This document shows, one piece after another, positions 55,860-57,277 of a stretch of 57,277 nt of DNA. Position numbers and translations under genes: made by a program. The notes under the pieces were generated by a model. That model made no database searches. It worked only from the letters and a program-made list of their open reading frames with translations, and was not told the origin of the DNA. Position 1 is the first letter of the stretch. Each line of letters starts with the position of its first letter. The stretch comes from a virus (Duplodnaviria; Heunggongvirae; Uroviricota; Caudoviricetes): the IMG/VR virus record IMGVR_UViG_2721755643_000007; one strand, 5' to 3'.

Positions 55860-55955
55860 TGATTTTATTTTGACTGATAGTGACCTGTTCGTTGCAACAA
55901 ATTGATAAGCAATGCTTTTTTATAATGCCAACTTAGTATAAAAAAGCAGGCTTCA
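55860..55955. other. attL (B-O-P') of the lambda-like prophage
   Basis: Reverse complement reads CCTGCTTTTTTATACTAAGTTGGCATTATAAAAAAGCATTGCTTATCAATTTGTTGCAACGAACAGGTCACTATCAGTCAAAATAAAATCA, i.e. the lambda core GCTTTTTTATACTAA (within 55932-55947) joined to the P' arm; host DNA begins beyond. Confidence 0.85.
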
Positions 55956-55993
55956 ACGGATTCATTTTTCTATTTCATAGCCCGGAGCAACCT

Positions 55994-57277
55994 GTGAACA
56001 CATTTTCAGTTTCCCGTCTGGCGCTGGCATTGGCTTTTGGCGTGACGCTGACCGCCTGTAGCTCAACCCCGCCCGATCAACGTCCTTCTGATCAAACCGC
56101 GCCTGGTACCTCTTCTCGCCCGATTCTGTCGGCAAAAGAAGCGCAGAATTTCGATGCTCAACACTATTTTGCATCCCTGACACCAGGTGCTGCAGCGTGG
56201 AATCCTTCCCCGATTACCCTGCCTGCGCAACCTGACTTTGTTGTCGGCCCGGCGGGCACTCAAGGTGTAACGCATACCACGATTCAGGCGGCGGTAGATG
56301 CGGCAATTATCAAGCGTACCAACAAGCGCCAGTATATTGCCGTGATGCCTGGTGAGTATCAGGGAACGGTATATGTCCCTGCCGCTCCGGGTGGAATTAC
56401 TCTGTACGGTACAGGTGAAAAACCGATTGATGTGAAGATTGGGCTTTCCCTTGATGGTGGCATGAGCCCTGCCGACTGGCGTCACGACGTCAACCCGCGC
56501 GGCAAATATATGCCAGGTAAACCAGCGTGGTATATGTACGATAGCTGCCAGAGCAAACGCAGCGACAGTATCGGTGTTCTCTGCTCTGCGGTCTTCTGGT
56601 CACAAAACAATGGCCTGCAACTGCAAAATCTGACCATCGAAAACACGCTGGGCGATAGCGTAGATGCAGGTAACCATCCGGCGGTGGCACTGCGTACTGA
56701 TGGTGACCAGGTACAGATTAACAACGTTAACATTCTCGGTCGTCAGAACACCTTCTTTGTCACCAACAGCGGTGTGCAGAACCGTCTGGAAACCAACCGT
56801 CAGCCGCGTACGCTGGTGACCAACAGCTACATTGAAGGGGATGTGGATATCGTTTCTGGTCGCGGCGCAGTGGTGTTCGATAACACCGAATTCCGCGTGG
56901 TGAACTCACGTACTCAGCAAGAAGCGTATGTGTTTGCACCGGCTACGCTGTCCAACATTTACTACGGTTTCCTCGCCGTAAACAGCCGTTTCAATGCTTT
57001 CGGTGATGGTGTGGCGCAACTGGGCCGCTCGCTGGATGTTGATGCCAATACCAACGGTCAGGTGGTGATCCGTGATAGCGCCATCAACGAAGGTTTTAAC
57101 ACGGCTAAACCGTGGGCCGATGCGGTGATCTCTAATCGTCCGTTTGCGGGTAATACCGGCAGCGTAGATGATAACGACGAAATACAGCGCAATCTGAATG
57201 ACACTAACTACAACCGCATGTGGGAATACAATAACCGCGGCGTGGGTAGTAAAGTGGTTGCAGAGGCGAAGAAGTAA
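55994..57277 (+). CDS. ybhC: host lipoprotein YbhC (pectinesterase-family thioesterase)
   Basis: 427 aa with lipoprotein signal MNTFSVSRLALALAFGVTLTACSS; known neighbour of the lambda attB. Confidence 0.85.
   Translation: MNTFSVSRLALALAFGVTLTACSSTPPDQRPSDQTAPGTSSRPILSAKEAQNFDAQHYFASLTPGAAAWNPSPITLPAQPDFVVGPAGTQGVTHTTIQAAVDAAIIKRTNKRQYIAVMPGEYQGTVYVPAAPGGITLYGTGEKPIDVKIGLSLDGGMSPADWRHDVNPRGKYMPGKPAWYMYDSCQSKRSDSIGVLCSAVFWSQNNGLQLQNLTIENTLGDSVDAGNHPAVALRTDGDQVQINNVNILGRQNTFFVTNSGVQNRLETNRQPRTLVTNSYIEGDVDIVSGRGAVVFDNTEFRVVNSRTQQEAYVFAPATLSNIYYGFLAVNSRFNAFGDGVAQLGRSLDVDANTNGQVVIRDSAINEGFNTAKPWADAVISNRPFAGNTGSVDDNDEIQRNLNDTNYNRMWEYNNRGVGSKVVAEAKK

Overview
This window is almost entirely a lambda-like prophage of an E. 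coli-type chromosome, read in reverse: tail and head genes lie on the minus strand at the left, attL-int-xis at the right, and the host gene ybhC (55994-57277) flanks attL at the lambda attachment site. The late region is lambda-like (tfa, stf, lom, J-I-K-L-M-H-T-G-V-U-Z-FII-FI-E-D-C-B-W-A-Nu1, cos). The early, nin and lysis regions are a DLP12/phage-21-like mosaic: S21-type pinholin, SAR endolysin, Rz/Rz1, 82-type Q, an nmpC-like porin, rusA, ybcO, ninE, ybcN, a large serine recombinase, emrE, O/P with ori iterons, ren interrupted by IS2, a cro-like gene, cI, gam-bet-exo, xis and int. The most notable feature is a ~10.9 kb integrative, satellite-like element (19566-30471) inserted in-frame into the portal gene B, which is split into an N-terminal fragment (30412-31293) and a C-terminal fragment (18794-19567). 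The element carries a P4-type integrase, AlpA, a Bro-N protein, a primase-helicase with an iteron origin, an SSB, its own lambda E-like and D-like capsid paralogs, a Nu1-like small terminase, and a second cos site whose cosN matches the helper but whose cosB differs. Its non-coding left arm holds three co-oriented Chi sites and a cluster of short GC hairpins. The tape-measure gene H carries a single-base frameshift in a poly-A run. All calls rest on reading the sequence and recalled protein families; no database searches were run.
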